Shown here: positions 1 to 12,865 of the stretch, piece by piece | How positions within the stretch are numbered: position 1 is the first letter of the stretch | Layout: the number at the start of each line of letters is the position of its first letter | Assembly (NCBI RefSeq): GCF_006345805.1 | Contig: NC_043000.1 | Coordinates: 28,272,001 to 28,336,000 of the forward strand | Direction of reading: 5' to 3' | From: Octopus sinensis | Lineage: Eukaryota | Length of the DNA stretch: 64,000 bases | The notes under the pieces: model-generated | What the model saw: the letters and a program-made list of their open reading frames with translations, nothing else | Told to the model about the DNA's origin: nothing | Databases searched by the model: none | Made by a program: the position numbers and the translations under genes

Positions 1-192
1 TGTGTGTATTATATATATCACGTATGTATTATATAATATATATATATGTGTGTGTGTGTGTATAAAGAGGGAGATAGATAGATAGATAGATAGATAGATA
101 TATAGATAGATTGATACATGCGTACATACATACATATGTAGATAGATAGATACATACATACATACGTAGATAGATAGATAGATAGATAGATA
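1..192. repeat. Compound microsatellite (TA/TG/GATA/CATA)
   Basis: Direct reading of tandem 2-4 bp units. Confidence 0.95.
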
Positions 193-535
193 CTAGTGGA
201 TGAACAACGAAAAGTAAGCAACACCCAATACATTTGGTAGTAATCACATTTATTTTTTAATAACAGTTTGACTCAATTACAAAAGACTTAAAGTTTTGTG
301 GACTCGTAGGACGGACATGTGATATCTTTTCAGATATTTGGAGAGCCAATGAAAGGTGCATATGAATATATGTGCGTGTGCGCACGCACATGGGTGTGCT
401 AGTCTCTGTGTGTATTATTGTATGTATTGATATTGTGCAATTGTCCTTCATTGGAATTCTGAGTTGTGTAAGAGTAGTAAATGCTAAGGGTTTCAAGGTT
501 ATGAAAGTATAGCTGCATACATGCCGTCCTCCTTC

Positions 536-579
<44 letters not shown>

Positions 580-626
580 CGTAGATAGACGCGTTGAGAG
601 AGATAGGCCTTCATATAGAGATCTGA

Positions 627-661
<35 letters not shown>

Positions 662-1206
662 TTTATATATATATATATATATTATATAATTAGGGCTTAG
701 TAAAATAAATTACTTTGCCACATACTTTGCCTTAAATGGTCCTTTTACATACTGAACACTTGGTGAAATTGATTAATTAATTAATTTTACCCTCAATTGT
801 TGATATATATATATATATATATATGCATACATACAAACATCCACGCGCTGTTTATTAAGTCACCTATAGAAGCCAGTGCGATTGATACCATAATTAATAT
901 TAAAGTAAATATATCTCGTGTTATTCACGTGACATTATCAAACGAAGATTTCCAAGAGATCGTTTTCCCAAGGATAATGTACAGATTCTTATAGCAAAAT
1001 TGGCTTTTGAATCATTTGTTCACTGCTTGCAGGAACGAATGATTCTTTAAAAGTTGTTCCCTTCTCATGATTATGTAATTCTTTCAAATTCTATGGCACT
1101 TGTATAATAAATGAACATATCTCTTAATCTTGCTTCTCTTACGTCCTTTGCTTGCTTCATTCATATCAATCGAAATGAAGTTAGCACCATTATTGTGTGT
1201 TTACGA

Positions 1207-1340
1207 ATACCGTTTCGCAGACGAGTGGTTCTGTCGTCAGTCCTACTGCGATGCACCTTAGGAAAGTGTCCTCCATTCAAGTCTCAGGCCAAACAGTGTC
1301 TTGTGAGAGAAATTGGTACACAGAAGTTGTGAGCCCGTCC
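1207..1340 (+). mobile_element. Degenerate 5' fragment of SINE family B
   Basis: cagtcctactgcgatgcaccttaggaaagtgtc aligns by eye with cagtcccactgcgtggcaccttgggcaagtgtc of the intact copies (e.g. 25458, 41918). Confidence 0.55.
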
Positions 1341-1349
1341 TATATTCAG

Positions 1350-1727
1350 TTATTACCTCCGACTTAGCGAAGGCGGAGGTATTGTTTTCAGTCGTGTTTG
1401 TTAGTTTGTTTGTTTGTCCGTGGACAACATATCTCAAGAACCGCTGGATGGATTCGGATGAAACGTTCAAGGATTGTTTGACCTCTCGTGACTGACACTA
1501 GCTGATAAGATTTTAGGATCGATCCGATACCGGACAAGTGTTCTGGATTATTTTTCCTGTTTTATTACTTAACTTTTGAGAGCGGTCGGGTTCATTTTTA
1601 GTAACCTCGTTTGTGAGTGCAGTCGAGTTTATTTCAGATATACTCATTTTAAATGTCTCCTCTAGCTAATCGTTGAGATGATGTTGTTGCCCTGACGGAG
1701 GTTTGCGCTCTCTGAGAGGTCTTGTTT
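1350..1727 (+). mobile_element. Helentron-associated non-autonomous element (HINE/DINE-1-like)
   Basis: 5' hairpin tacctccg..cggaggta (1354-1381), an internal (GTTT)n tract, a 3' subterminal cggaggt followed by a ctctc-t-gagag stem-loop, and T-rich ends. Confidence 0.7.
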
Positions 1728-2509
1728 ATATATACTTGTGTGTATGTGTGTGTGTGTGTGTGTGTACATGCGCGCGTGTGTTTTGTGGAACGATGAATCC
1801 CGAGGCAGATAAAGCTGTTGTGTACAAATGTTCGGCTATAAAGCCATGGTCAGATAAATCAAATGCTACCTGTAGAACTTAAACACAGTTCATTTGCAGA
1901 CGTTCTACCGTTGGACCAAAGTAATACTTCGAAATTCTCTATCCGTTTTAAAAAAAAATTGTTGTTATAAGTGAGAATTATATGTTGATGATATCATAAG
2001 AATTTATATATTTCGAGAGAAAGTCAACATATAATTCTCTATAAAGACTGAATAACTAGAGAATTTCGAGAAATTTCTTAATTCCAAGGGTAGAATACAA
2101 CGGGCAGAATTTGTCTTGTCCAATCAAGGGTGTTTTTTGAAGTCAATATTTGCACGCTACTATTTATAGCTGTATCTGCTTCGAGGTCCACTGTTCCAAA
2201 AAATAATTGTTTCACGTTGTATGAGAGAACCACAGTACCGACGAACAGGGTCGTTATCGTAGCGTTTGTTGTTGTAATATTATTCACAAACTAGTTGCGG
2301 ACATTATCATAAGGAAACGAAAAAAAATTAACAGTACAGTATTTTCAAATGACATAAAATAATGTAATTCCTCATCTCTTAAATATAGAACTGTATCGCA
2401 AATGATGTTTGAAATCACAATGATTGGTGGTGCTGAATGTAGGAAAGAATTGCAGCAGTGAATATGAACACATAACTCGTCAGTAGTTAACCCAATAGTG
2501 TGTGTGTGT

Positions 2510-2549
<40 letters not shown>

Positions 2550-3129
2550 AACAAGGGGGAAAGCAAACTGGTAGATTGAAAACGTGAGATAACAAGAGGT
2601 ACGAAAATATTCAAAAGGTGACGGAGAAAATGTAAAAACCACGGTGGTGCTCCGGTATGACCGCAGCCGCATGGCAAAAACAACTAAAAGTGTACGTAAA
2701 TGTGCGTGTGTGTGAGAGGTAAATTAGGGTTTACGTATTTAACGCATTAAAAATCAAAAATCTCACTAGTAATATTTATGCATTGAAAAAAAAGACAACA
2801 TGAATTGTATGTGAACTATTTTAATCAACTCGTAAAGTAAGGGAGATAATTTCGGATATGTTTCGGTTTCATTATGATTCCTCAGCAAAACACAGATTCA
2901 CTGTACTTTGAAAAGTACTGAAGAATATTTCTTTTATAACGCATAGAATAGGCGATGAAAATACCATATTGATTTTAATACTTCTCAGAAATTAAGTAGT
3001 TAACGATACCAATTTGTTGTACGACTTATTAATAGCAATACCTAACCTTTACGTTTCTTTAGCAGGGTCCACTCTGTTGTAAATAACCAGGGTAAAGTAA
3101 GTTAGTCCCCTGGAAATTACTGTTACCAT

Positions 3130-3290
3130 TCCTAGGACTCATAGGGGCGGTCACCCAGATTCCACATATGTTTCCGTATCAGTGACCAAGATCACAACAT
3201 TCCTCCCTCTATAGAACACCACTCCATCGAAGGGCTGCCAATTTAGAGTTGAGTGCACTGGGGCAAAGGGAAATGAAGTGTTTTGCTCTG
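3130..3290 (-). mobile_element. SINE fragment (family D-type body with C2-type tail)
   Basis: gaaatgaagtgttttgctc is the reverse complement of the gagcaagacgctttatttc motif at ~34057. The tail resembles those at 43520 and 62119. Confidence 0.5.
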
Positions 3291-4313
3291 TTTCTTTATT
3301 AGCCACAAGGGCCCAAACATAGAGGGGGTCAGACAAGGACAGACAGGACACCACAGAGGGGACAATACATAGAACGAATATGATGAGATGATTATACAAT
3401 TATGGGGTTATGAATGGCTACATGTGCCCCTCATCACATGCATTACCATTAATCTTTTTAAAATCTCCGTTATTATCATATTTAACCAACAATTAATTAT
3501 CGTCTACCATTACAATTATTTGAACCGTTATATGTTCTCTTGAAAGGTTCTTCTATTTTCCGATATTATTCAGCATAACATAAAACACTTTTTCTTTTTT
3601 TTTCCTCCTTTTTCTTTTATTTTCTTTTTTCCTGTTGCTTTGACATACTTATTTATTTTTAGTGATATTTGATTTGTGAAATGAAGTGTTTTGCTGAAGA
3701 ACACAACACACTGCTCTGTTCGAGAATCGAAACCATGATTTTGCGGTTGTGAAGCCACGCACCTTCACAAATCGGACGAGTACGACTTCCTGATTATAAC
3801 ACAATGTGGTGTAGTTCATTTCTCCCTTTGCTCCATCAGTCTTGGAGATCCTAAAATACGATAATGGACGTTACCGTTTCTTTTCTGACGAAGATATAAA
3901 AATACAGAAAAAAAAAAAAGATATTCGAAATGAAACAGCAATAATTCGACCCGAAAATACGAACAAAATAGCAATAAAGACAGACTACGTAAATATAACA
4001 GTCACATGATATAGTCTGTGTGTCTGATTGACTGTAAAAAAAGGTTAGCTTAATGTGTAAATGCCTTCTTATATTACTTCATTGATAATAAACTATGTTC
4101 TTATATGACTTCTATATCTTAATAAATTACGAAAATCCGTTGATAAAACATTTTATTTTAATATAAGACGACCTCCATAGCAGAGTTTAGGAAGAAGAGT
4201 TTCATGTATCTGATAGCTAAAAGAAATCAGAGAGAGTGAGCTTCTATGGAGTTACGAGAGATAGTAGAAATGGAAGCCATATAGCACTCGCATGATATAT
4301 TTATTATCATGAA

Positions 4314-4721
4314 GGCGACGACCTGGCAGTGACGTTAGCACGCCAGGCGAAATGCTTAGCATATTTCATCTGCCTTTAAGTTCTGAGTTCAAATTCCACA
4401 GAGGTCGACTTTGCCTTTCATCCTTTCGGGGTCGATTAAATAAGTACCAGTTACGCACTGGGTCGATATAATCGACTTAATCCGTTTGTCTGTCCTTGTT
4501 TGTCCCTTCTGTGTTTAGACCCTTATGGCTAGTAAAGAAATAGGTATTTCGTCTGTCATTACGTTCTGAGTTCAAATTCCGCCGAGGTTGACTTTGCCTA
4601 TTATCCTTTCGGGGTCGATAAATAAAGTACCAGTTTAGCACTGGGGTCGATGTAATCGACTTAATCCGTTTGTCTGTCCTCGTTTGTCCCCTTTACGTTT
4701 AGCCACTTGTAGGCAGTAAAG

Positions 4722-4726
<5 letters not shown>
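4314..4726 (+). mobile_element. SINE family A head-to-tail dimer
   Basis: Full unit ggcgacg..gagttcaaattcc (B-box-like)..taaagaaata, then a second unit starting at ggtatttcgtctg (junction 4542/4543). Confidence 0.85.
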
Positions 4727-4783
<57 letters not shown>

Positions 4784-4840
4784 CCATGAGAACAATTGAA
4801 GGAAATATATGCATATACGAAAATATAAAATTCTGACTAT

Positions 4841-4876
<36 letters not shown>

Positions 4877-4877
4877 G

Positions 4878-4935
<58 letters not shown>

Positions 4936-5060
4936 GTATATATATATATGTGTATATATATATATATATATTATATATATATATATAGATATATATACTT
5001 ACATACATACATGCATATATACATCACACCTACATACATCATACATACACACATATATAG
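4724..5060. repeat. (TA)n/(CA)n microsatellite array
   Basis: Direct reading. Confidence 0.95.
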
Positions 5061-5939
5061 TCTATGTGTGTTAAATTGCTCTTCCAAGTTAGTTAAGTTT
5101 CGTTCCTCAAGAGAATTTTTAAAGAGGACTTAGAGCGTATTTAGTAAGAAATAGCAGATAATTTATACTTGACAGGTCCGGTGGTTGTGTAGTGAAAGCT
5201 AATGCTGGTGTACTAGAGACCTGTGATACATAGAAAGAAAATATGGTGGCGTATAAGGAGGTGTGGGCAGTTTCGTACGTATTGACCGTTAAGCTGTGTG
5301 AAGGAGTGAGGTGTGAGGGGCGAAAAATTTATACTGAGTGACCTATCGAAACCACTAGAGAAAAAAAGACTATAATAAATTTTAAAACAAGATAACAGAG
5401 TAATTTATATATTACGTAACTTAGCTTTTTAGTCACAAGAGGAATAGGTTAAATTAATCAATAAATTAATGATTTAATAAACTAATGAATGGACGTAGGA
5501 AGAGGTGGAAGCAGGGGAAAGGTATGATGGATGCAGAGGAGAGTGAGAAGATGAAGATGGCTTTGGTGGGTTGATATATTACTGGAGATATTAATCCGCA
5601 AATTAATTAATTGTAAGTTAGATGGGGAAGTGTGCAAAAGGAAGATAAAAGACAGCAAAGAATGGATGAATATGGGAAAGTGGAGGGGTTAAAAGAGTAA
5701 ATAAATGTATGGATGGATGGAGGGAGGTATGGATGGATAGATGGTATGGATGGACCAAATTATGAATATATGAAAATATGAGACGATAGGGGAAAATGAA
5801 GACGTTTGCATCACAGAATTGAATTAAATCTTGACTTAGAATATGTTTTTAAAATGGTGCAGAAGATAAATGTATTATCTGCACTTAGCATTCTTGTGAT
5901 TGTAAGGGCGATGCTTGATGGGATAGTTTAGGCCAGTGG

Positions 5940-6370
5940 TAAAAGAAGAAACGATATAGACAGTGATACATAAATAAATATACATCATGAATTTATATTT
6001 CACCAACAAAATTTGGACCAGTCTCTGTCTATCTCTCTCTTTCTCCTTCTCTTGCTCTCTCTCTCTCTCTGTCTCCCTCTCTCTCTCCCTCTCTCTCTCC
6101 CTCTCTCGCCCTCTCTCTCCCTCTCTCCCCTCCCCTCTCTCTCTCTTACACACATGCGCGTACACACACATAGAAACACTGAATCATATGTACGTTTGTG
6201 TATGCGTATATGGGAATGTGTAGGTGAATGTTTTTTACTGTGCGTGAATGTAATATGTTATGGATTCTTTTGTCATGAACGACAAATGAGGGTTCGGTAA
6301 AATAAGATGTTAATCATGCTTCATGGACACGAATGTCTCACCTGAGGCCTGCTGGTGCCTTGCAAACCTT
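5940..6370 (+). repeat. Local duplication, copy 1 (copy 2 at 7025-7473)
   Basis: Shared unique blocks such as gatacataaataaatatacatcatgaatttatatttcaccaac and ttatggattcttttgtcatgaacgacaa..gagggttcggtaaaataa. Confidence 0.9.
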
Positions 6371-6569
6371 ATTAAAGTTTAGGTACAACAAACTGGTTAT
6401 ACATCTGCAATACGCAAAATAAGTTGACAAATGTTTTTGTACATTTCCTAATCATATTTAATCATAAAAATATGATGGGATTTTCTTAGAACATCGAATG
6501 GCTATAAGCGTCCTGCGAAGTAAAATAGGGTTCAAAGGGCTATATAGATAAGAAATGGTTGGGAGCCGT

Positions 6570-6980
6570 CTGGGACGTGGTTGAGGCGATGTTTAAGAGA
6601 TGGCTTAAACGGTGGTTCAGTGATGGTTGAGATGATGGTTAGGGCGACGATTAGGAAATGGCTTTGTGGATTGTTGAGGCGGGGTTTGAGGGGATGATTT
6701 AGGTGATAGCTGATTTGGTGATCGAGGTGCCGGTTGAGATGGCGGGCTAAGTGATGGTTAAGATGGCGGTCGAAGTGATGGTGGAAATGGCGGTCTAAGT
6801 GATGGTTAAGATGGCGGTCGAAGAGATGGTTGAAATGACGGTCGAAATGTGGGTTGAGATGGCGGTCGAAGGGATGGTAAGGCGTTGGATTAGGTGATCA
6901 GTGAGGCGATTAACGTTCGAGTAACGTTCGAGGCGATGGTTGAGGTGATAGTTAGGTGATGGTTAGGCGAGAGGGATTAG
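6570..6980. repeat. Degenerate 12/24-bp minisatellite (core ggttgagatggcggtcgaagtgat x6 at ~6732-6875)
   Basis: Six consecutive 24-bp units read directly, with decayed 12-bp periodicity on both sides. Confidence 0.85.
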
Positions 6981-7024
6981 AGAGAGTGTATACTATGTTG
7001 CATTGTCTTAAACCAAAACTCTGT

Positions 7025-7298
7025 TAAAAGAAGAAATGATATAGACAGCGATACATAAATAAATATACATCATGAATTTATATTTCACCAACTCAAATTG
7101 TACCACACTCTGTCTGGCTGTCTGTCTCTGTCTCTCTTTCTCTCGCTGTCTCTGTCTTTCTTTTTCTCACTCTCACTCTCTCTTATACACACACATATGC
7201 ACATACTCACACATACAAACACTGAATCATATGTATGTTTGTATATGGGTATATGGGAATGTGTAGGTGAATGCTTTTTTTACTGTGTGTGCGCGCGC

Positions 7299-7351
<53 letters not shown>

Positions 7352-7473
7352 TACATATGTTATGGATTCTTTTGTCATGAACGACAAGTGAGGGTTCGGT
7401 AAAATAAAACGTTAATCATGTTCTACGGACCCGAATGTCTCCCATGAGGCCTGCTGGTGCCTTGTAAAACTTT
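7025..7473 (+). repeat. Local duplication, copy 2
   Basis: Same unique blocks as 5940-6370, but the internal microsatellites differ in length and type. Confidence 0.9.
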
Positions 7474-7952
7474 TGGCAAATGAAACGAGTCGAGGACTCA
7501 ATTTGCCTGAGTGCTCGTGGATCATATCCTATGTGTTTTGTTGAGTCAACAGCAAGACCTGCAATGCTTCATGCCACAAAACCACAATGACAGGTAGGGT
7601 TTCCATTTGGAGGAGTACCATTTTGCCAGCATACCCTCATGCTTGGGCAAAGTTCGTCCCGATATCTCAAATCTTTGAACTGAAGAAAAGCAGGAATGGG
7701 GCCGGGTCCTGCATTCTGATGCTTATACATACACACACACACACATATATATATATGTATGTATGTATGTATATATATATGTGTGTGTGTGTTTGTGTGT
7801 ATGTGTTTGTCCCCCCGCAATATACTGGTGTGCTTACGTCCCCGTAACTTAGTAGTTCGGCAAATGAGACTCTTTACTCTTTACTCCTTTACTCTTTTAC
7901 TCTTTACATATATATGGATAGATAGAAAGATAGATCTACTCATATATAATCA

Positions 7953-8016
<64 letters not shown>

Positions 8017-8158
8017 ATCTATCTATCCATCTATCTATATCTATCTATATCTATATATAGAGATAGATAGATCGATAGATAGATATAGATGTGTGTCTGT
8101 GCTGTGAATGTGTTTGTGAGTGTGTGTGTCTGTGTATGTATATGTATATATATATTTG

Positions 8159-8197
<39 letters not shown>

Positions 8198-8387
8198 ATA
8201 GCTAGGGAGGTGGATCTACATATATACTCACATATATTCATAACTTTCTAAATATAAATATATATATATATATAGATACATATATATATACACATACACA
8301 CACACACACACAGACACACACACACACATATATATATATATACAAGCATACATATTTAGATGCATATGTATATGCATATATCCCTGG

Positions 8388-8697
8388 ATGTATGTGTACG
8401 TATGTATGTATGTATGTATGTATGTATGTATGTATGTATGTATGTATGCATGCATGTATGTATGTATGTATGTATGCATGCATGCATGTATGTATGTATG
8501 TATGTATGTATGTATGTATGTATGTATGTATGCATGCATGCATGCATGTATGTATGTATGTATGTATGTATGTATGCATGTATGTATGTATGTATGTATG
8601 TATGTATGTATGTATGTATGTATGCATGTATGTATGTATGTATGTATGTATGTATGTATGTATGTATGTATGTATGTATGCATGTATGTATGTATAC
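8388..8697. repeat. (ATGT)n array with interspersed (ATGC) variants
   Basis: Direct reading. It explains the YIHT/MYVC ORFs. Confidence 0.95.
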
Positions 8698-9305
8698 ATA
8701 AGTCTATGCGTGTCTGGCAGCGCGCGAATCATAGATAAATATCTCTACAACAGTGAATAAGCAATGCACACATGAAATTTAATGACTATAAAGCGTTCCT
8801 AATAATTATCTCCTCGACACTCATTTCGAAAAGCGGATTCATATAGTCTTAGACACACTCACCTATACACAAACATATACACCCAAATCAATACTTACGT
8901 ATGTGTGTACGTGTATGCAGTGTTTATGCATGTATTTCGTCTTCCTGTCTTGCGTCTCTATAGAATTTCCACCATAGTTTTACGCAGCTCATTACATACA
9001 GGAAGTAACGGTTGGTTTGGCAGTGTATGTGAATTTTCACTTCCTTAATTATTATCTAAAATTTACAAACTCAAGCCCTGTTCCGCGAACCTTTCTTTCA
9101 CACATACATGCACACATACCTACACGTGCATCCACACACGTTCAATCAAAGGGTCATAGGTGGAGATAGAAACCGAGAAATAGATAAATTTATATATTAC
9201 CTGTACAGATTTTCTCTGAAACATAATTCTACATGATGAAACTTGTGCTACTCGCATCTCCATTATGGTTGGCTACCAAATGAAGCAAGCAACAACAGCA
9301 AGAGT

Positions 9306-9500
9306 GGAGGTGCAATGGTCCAATGGTTAGAGCATTGGACTCGCGGTCGTAAGAACGCGGTTTCGATTCCCGGTCCGAGCATTGTGAGTGTTTATTGAGC
9401 AAAAACACCTCAGTCCCACGAGGCTTCGGCGGGGGTCGGTGGTGAAATCCGCTGTATTCTTTCTACACAGCTTTCTTTCACTCTTCCTTCCTACTTCTGC
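9306..9500 (+). mobile_element. tRNA-derived SINE family C, 5' part
   Basis: ggaggtgcaatggtccaatggttagagc (A box) ..ggtttcgattccc (B box); matches the copy at 24302-24685. Confidence 0.8.
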
Positions 9501-9700
9501 CACAAAGCAGAAGAACCATGGTGTAACCCACTATGGTGTGGTAAACTTTCAGACCCTAGTCTAGATTGCGAATCCTCTGTACTCCAGGATGGTTCATCTC
9601 TCCACCAGCTAAAAGCCACCGATTAGGGAACGAGGATAACAACGTAAAAGAAGACAACCACAAGAACAAAAATTACTGCAACAATAATAATCGTATCTAA

Positions 9701-10070
9701 GGCGGCGAGCTGGTATTTCGTCTGTCCTTACGCTCTTAGTTCAAATTCCGCCCAGGTCGACTTTGCCTTTCATCATTTCGGGGTCGATAAATTAAGTACC
9801 AGTTGCATACTGAGGTCGATCTAATTGACTGGCTCCCTCCACCAAAAGTTCGGGCCTTGTGCCTAGAGTAGAAAAAAATCAATAGCACGCCGGGCAAAAT
9901 GCTTAGTGGTATTTCGTCTGTCTTTATGTTCTGAGTTCAAATTCCGCTGCGGTCGACTTTGCCTTTCATCATTTCGGTGTCGATAAATTAAGAATCAGTT
10001 GCATACCGGGGTCGATCTAATCCCTCCTCAAAAATTTCGGGCACTGTACCTAGAATAGAAAAGAATAATA
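9701..10070 (+). mobile_element. SINE family A, two units with the alternative (A2) tail
   Basis: Family A body followed by cctcc..aaaa..ttcgggccttgtgcctagagtagaaaa rather than the tgtccttgtttgtcccc tail. Confidence 0.8.
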
Positions 10071-11075
10071 ATTGTTTCTGTTATAGGCAAAAGGCTTCAA
10101 ATCCTGGGGGGAATGGAAGAGTCGATTACATTGACCCCAGTTCTTGACTAGCACTTGTTTTACTAACTCCGAAAGTACGAAATATTGAATTCAGAACGTA
10201 AACAACCCTAAGAAATCTCGCAAGACATTAATTCTGGTAGTTTCGTGATTCAATCTGTTCGCCATATTTTATTGTCGCTGATTTAGGCACAAGGCGGGAA
10301 AAGTTGAGGGTAAGGGGTTTGAGGGTTATCGAGTATTTGAATGAAACTGCTTCTTACGAGGATTGAAGGACGAAAAGCAGAGCTGATCTCGGGAAGATTT
10401 GAAATTCCCTTTGTATAAATTTGAGACGTCCCTTTGTATTAAAAAAAGCGGACTTGTTTATCGATCGAATATTTTTGTCGCACATTCATTGAGATGGTTG
10501 TCTTGTGTGCTGAAAATAACAGCCAAATAGGTCTAGGCCTTAAATCACGCTCCACCACAATTCTTTTTTTTTCTTGACATAATCGTATGAAGTGCCGTGT
10601 GTAGAATACAAATTCGTAAAACATTTCTGGATACTCCGAAAAATAAAAGAAAATTATGAGGGATTATATGTGGTGCGTAATTCTGTGGTTTCATATCGAA
10701 ACACAAGTGCTATTTTCAGGATGCTAATATAATGTGCAGTCATGCACAAAATGACAGCTTTAAAATGGCGTTTCTTGACTGGGTGAAAATGATCAAACTT
10801 TAAACCGTTACAACTTTTTAACAACATCTTTCTGGAAAAAGTTGAATAACTCCAGCAATTTAGCTTGGAAAGGTACATTAATATGCCAAATTTTAAAACT
10901 TTCAATATATTTTAATCATTGAAATGCTGGCATCCAAATGAACCAGATCCGTATTTACTCCAGTAAAGACGTGTCATCTGACTCAGCTCTATTGATTTCT
11001 TCGTCTCATTGGGAATAACGTACTGCCTTTCTGACGCCGTACGTAGAAATTTGTTTTCATATTTTCTCTTTACTG

Positions 11076-12095
11076 ATGCCTCCAGTCAAGAAAATTTGTC
11101 GACAGTACAGTAGTGATTATTTATCATTTGGATTTATTCCCTCTCCTCAGAAGTGTCAGTTACCAATGTGCCGTCTTTGCCATCAAACGAAGCAATGAAA
11201 CATTCATGTTTGAAGTATCACTTTGATGCAAAGCATTCTGACAAGAAGGACAAACCGTTGTCATATTTTGTGCAACTGAGCTCCTCTTTCAAAAAGCAAA
11301 CACAAAAATTCAACACGATATTCCAGGAAACAAGTAAACAGGAGAATAACGGGTTGATTGCATCGTACAACATTGCATTGCCTGTTGCTAAGTCTGGGAA
11401 TTCTCACACAACTGGAGAACATTACTTCGCCTGGTTATCTAAGGTGCGATATCTTTTTCCTTTGTGATATATTCACAAAATTAAATGATATTAATAAGTT
11501 TTTGCAAGGAAACAGAAAAACTCCCGTTGATTCTAAATCATTTATCACTACCTTCATTTCGAAATTGGTGCTGTACAAGACTAACATTTCAAAACGTCAA
11601 TTCCTTTAATTTCCACAATTTTATTCTGGTTGATGAGGATTTAACTACGTATCGCAACTATTTACAATCACTGCACGATGACATGGTGGAGCGATTTCAA
11701 GATGTTATTGCGCTGAATATTCCAAATTAGTATAGCAATCTGTTTGGGACTGATGCAGTCGATTGCGATGACGACGTTCGGGAGGAATTGGTAGAATTAC
11801 AAAATGACCATGACGGCACAATGCGATATCGCCATAATGGCAAAGACGGTTTTTAGTAGCATCAAAGTATATTGAGTTCCTACCTCAATTAGCAGAAACA
11901 CCTGAAATTACTTTTGCTTGCCTTCCCAACTTCGTACCTGGTTAAATCTGGTTTTAGACATATTGGAACTTTATTTTCCCAGAAAAGAATTGAACTGGAT
12001 GTGAACAATGCGAAGCCTTGCGACGAAAGTTGACAAGTTTGGAACCGAATGTATCTGCACTAGCTGCATCGCATCCGATGTATGGTACTCATTAA
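11076..12095 (+). pseudogene. hAT (Charlie/Buster-type) transposase relic, frameshifted and internally deleted
   Basis: Translated motifs MPPVKKICRQYSSDYLSFGFIP, NEAMKHSCLKYHFDAKH, GLIASYNIALPVAKSGNSHTTGE, CDIFTKLNDINKFLQG and the dimerisation-region AFPTSYLVKSGF; multiple stops and frameshifts. Confidence 0.85.
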
Positions 12096-12519
12096 AATTT
12101 GTTTTCTTTTTCCTTTATAATACAATCATTAATTATTTTTGCATCGGTAGTTATGAATAATGGTTCATTTGGGGAAACTAAAACTCAGTGTTAAAAAAAA
12201 CTCAAATTTACCGAAATTAATCTGGCTGCATAATATAAAAACCAAAGTTAGAATTTTATTCACATTAATGGCGAAACTAAACCCTCAATAAGGGATTTGT
12301 AAACTATGTATATTTAGTCCAAATGGCACTAACCGGCAACGAGTATACGATATAGTGTGTGTGTGTGTGTAACAAATGATAGAAGGGGTCTCCTGGGGGA
12401 TTTACTGTTGGTGGGGGTTGTGTCAGGGTTTTTTTTTTTACACAGGTGAGCGATGGAGCATTTTTTGGCCGATAGGTGAGCGATATTGCAATTTGGCGCA
12501 AAAAATTTGGGAAACACTG
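12096..12519 (+). mobile_element. 3' end of the hAT element
   Basis: Ends in ttgggaaacactg, a Charlie/Buster-like TIR, preceded by two aggtgagcgat subterminal repeats. No matching 5' TIR was found. Confidence 0.6.
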
Positions 12520-12547
12520 TCTCAGGAGATTGGATTAAGTGAGAAGC

Positions 12548-12865
12548 AACTCACGTTAGGGTTAGAGATAACTCGATTACATCGACCCCAGTATTCAACT
12601 GGTATATATTTTATCGAGTCCGAAAGGATGAAAGGCAAAGTCGACTTCGGAAGAAATTCAGCACAAGACCAGAAAATTTTAGTAGAGTGAAATAGTCAAT
12701 TAAATTGATCCTAATAGTTGACTGATGTTTTATTTTATCGACCCTGAAAGAATGAAAAGCAAGATCGATCTCAGTAGAGTTTGAACTCAGAACGCTATGA
12801 TCTGGAAGAAATGCTGTTAAGCATTTTATCCGACGCGCTAGCTAGTCTGCCAGCTCAGCATCCAA
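12548..12865 (-). mobile_element. SINE family A fragments
   Basis: cgattacatcgaccccagt..gaaaggatgaaaggcaaagtcgac is the reverse complement of the family A body. Confidence 0.75.

Noticed and set aside
1205-1250. Minus-strand CUGACGA..GAAACGGUA hammerhead-like string
   Set aside because: C-C at the base of helix II, a 1-nt helix III loop and only 3 bp of helix I. It overlaps a decayed SINE B head and is probably chance.
2094-2460. Hydrophobic then basic peptide pieces (VVIVAFVVVILFTN / VADIIIRKRKK / RTVSQMMFEIT) reminiscent of GPCR TM5-TM6
   Set aside because: Requires a frameshift and a stop, with no diagnostic motif. Too weak to call a pseudogene.
10900-11075. 5' TIR for the hAT element
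   Set aside because: No cagtgtttcccaa-like sequence was found upstream, so the element boundaries and TSD cannot be defined.
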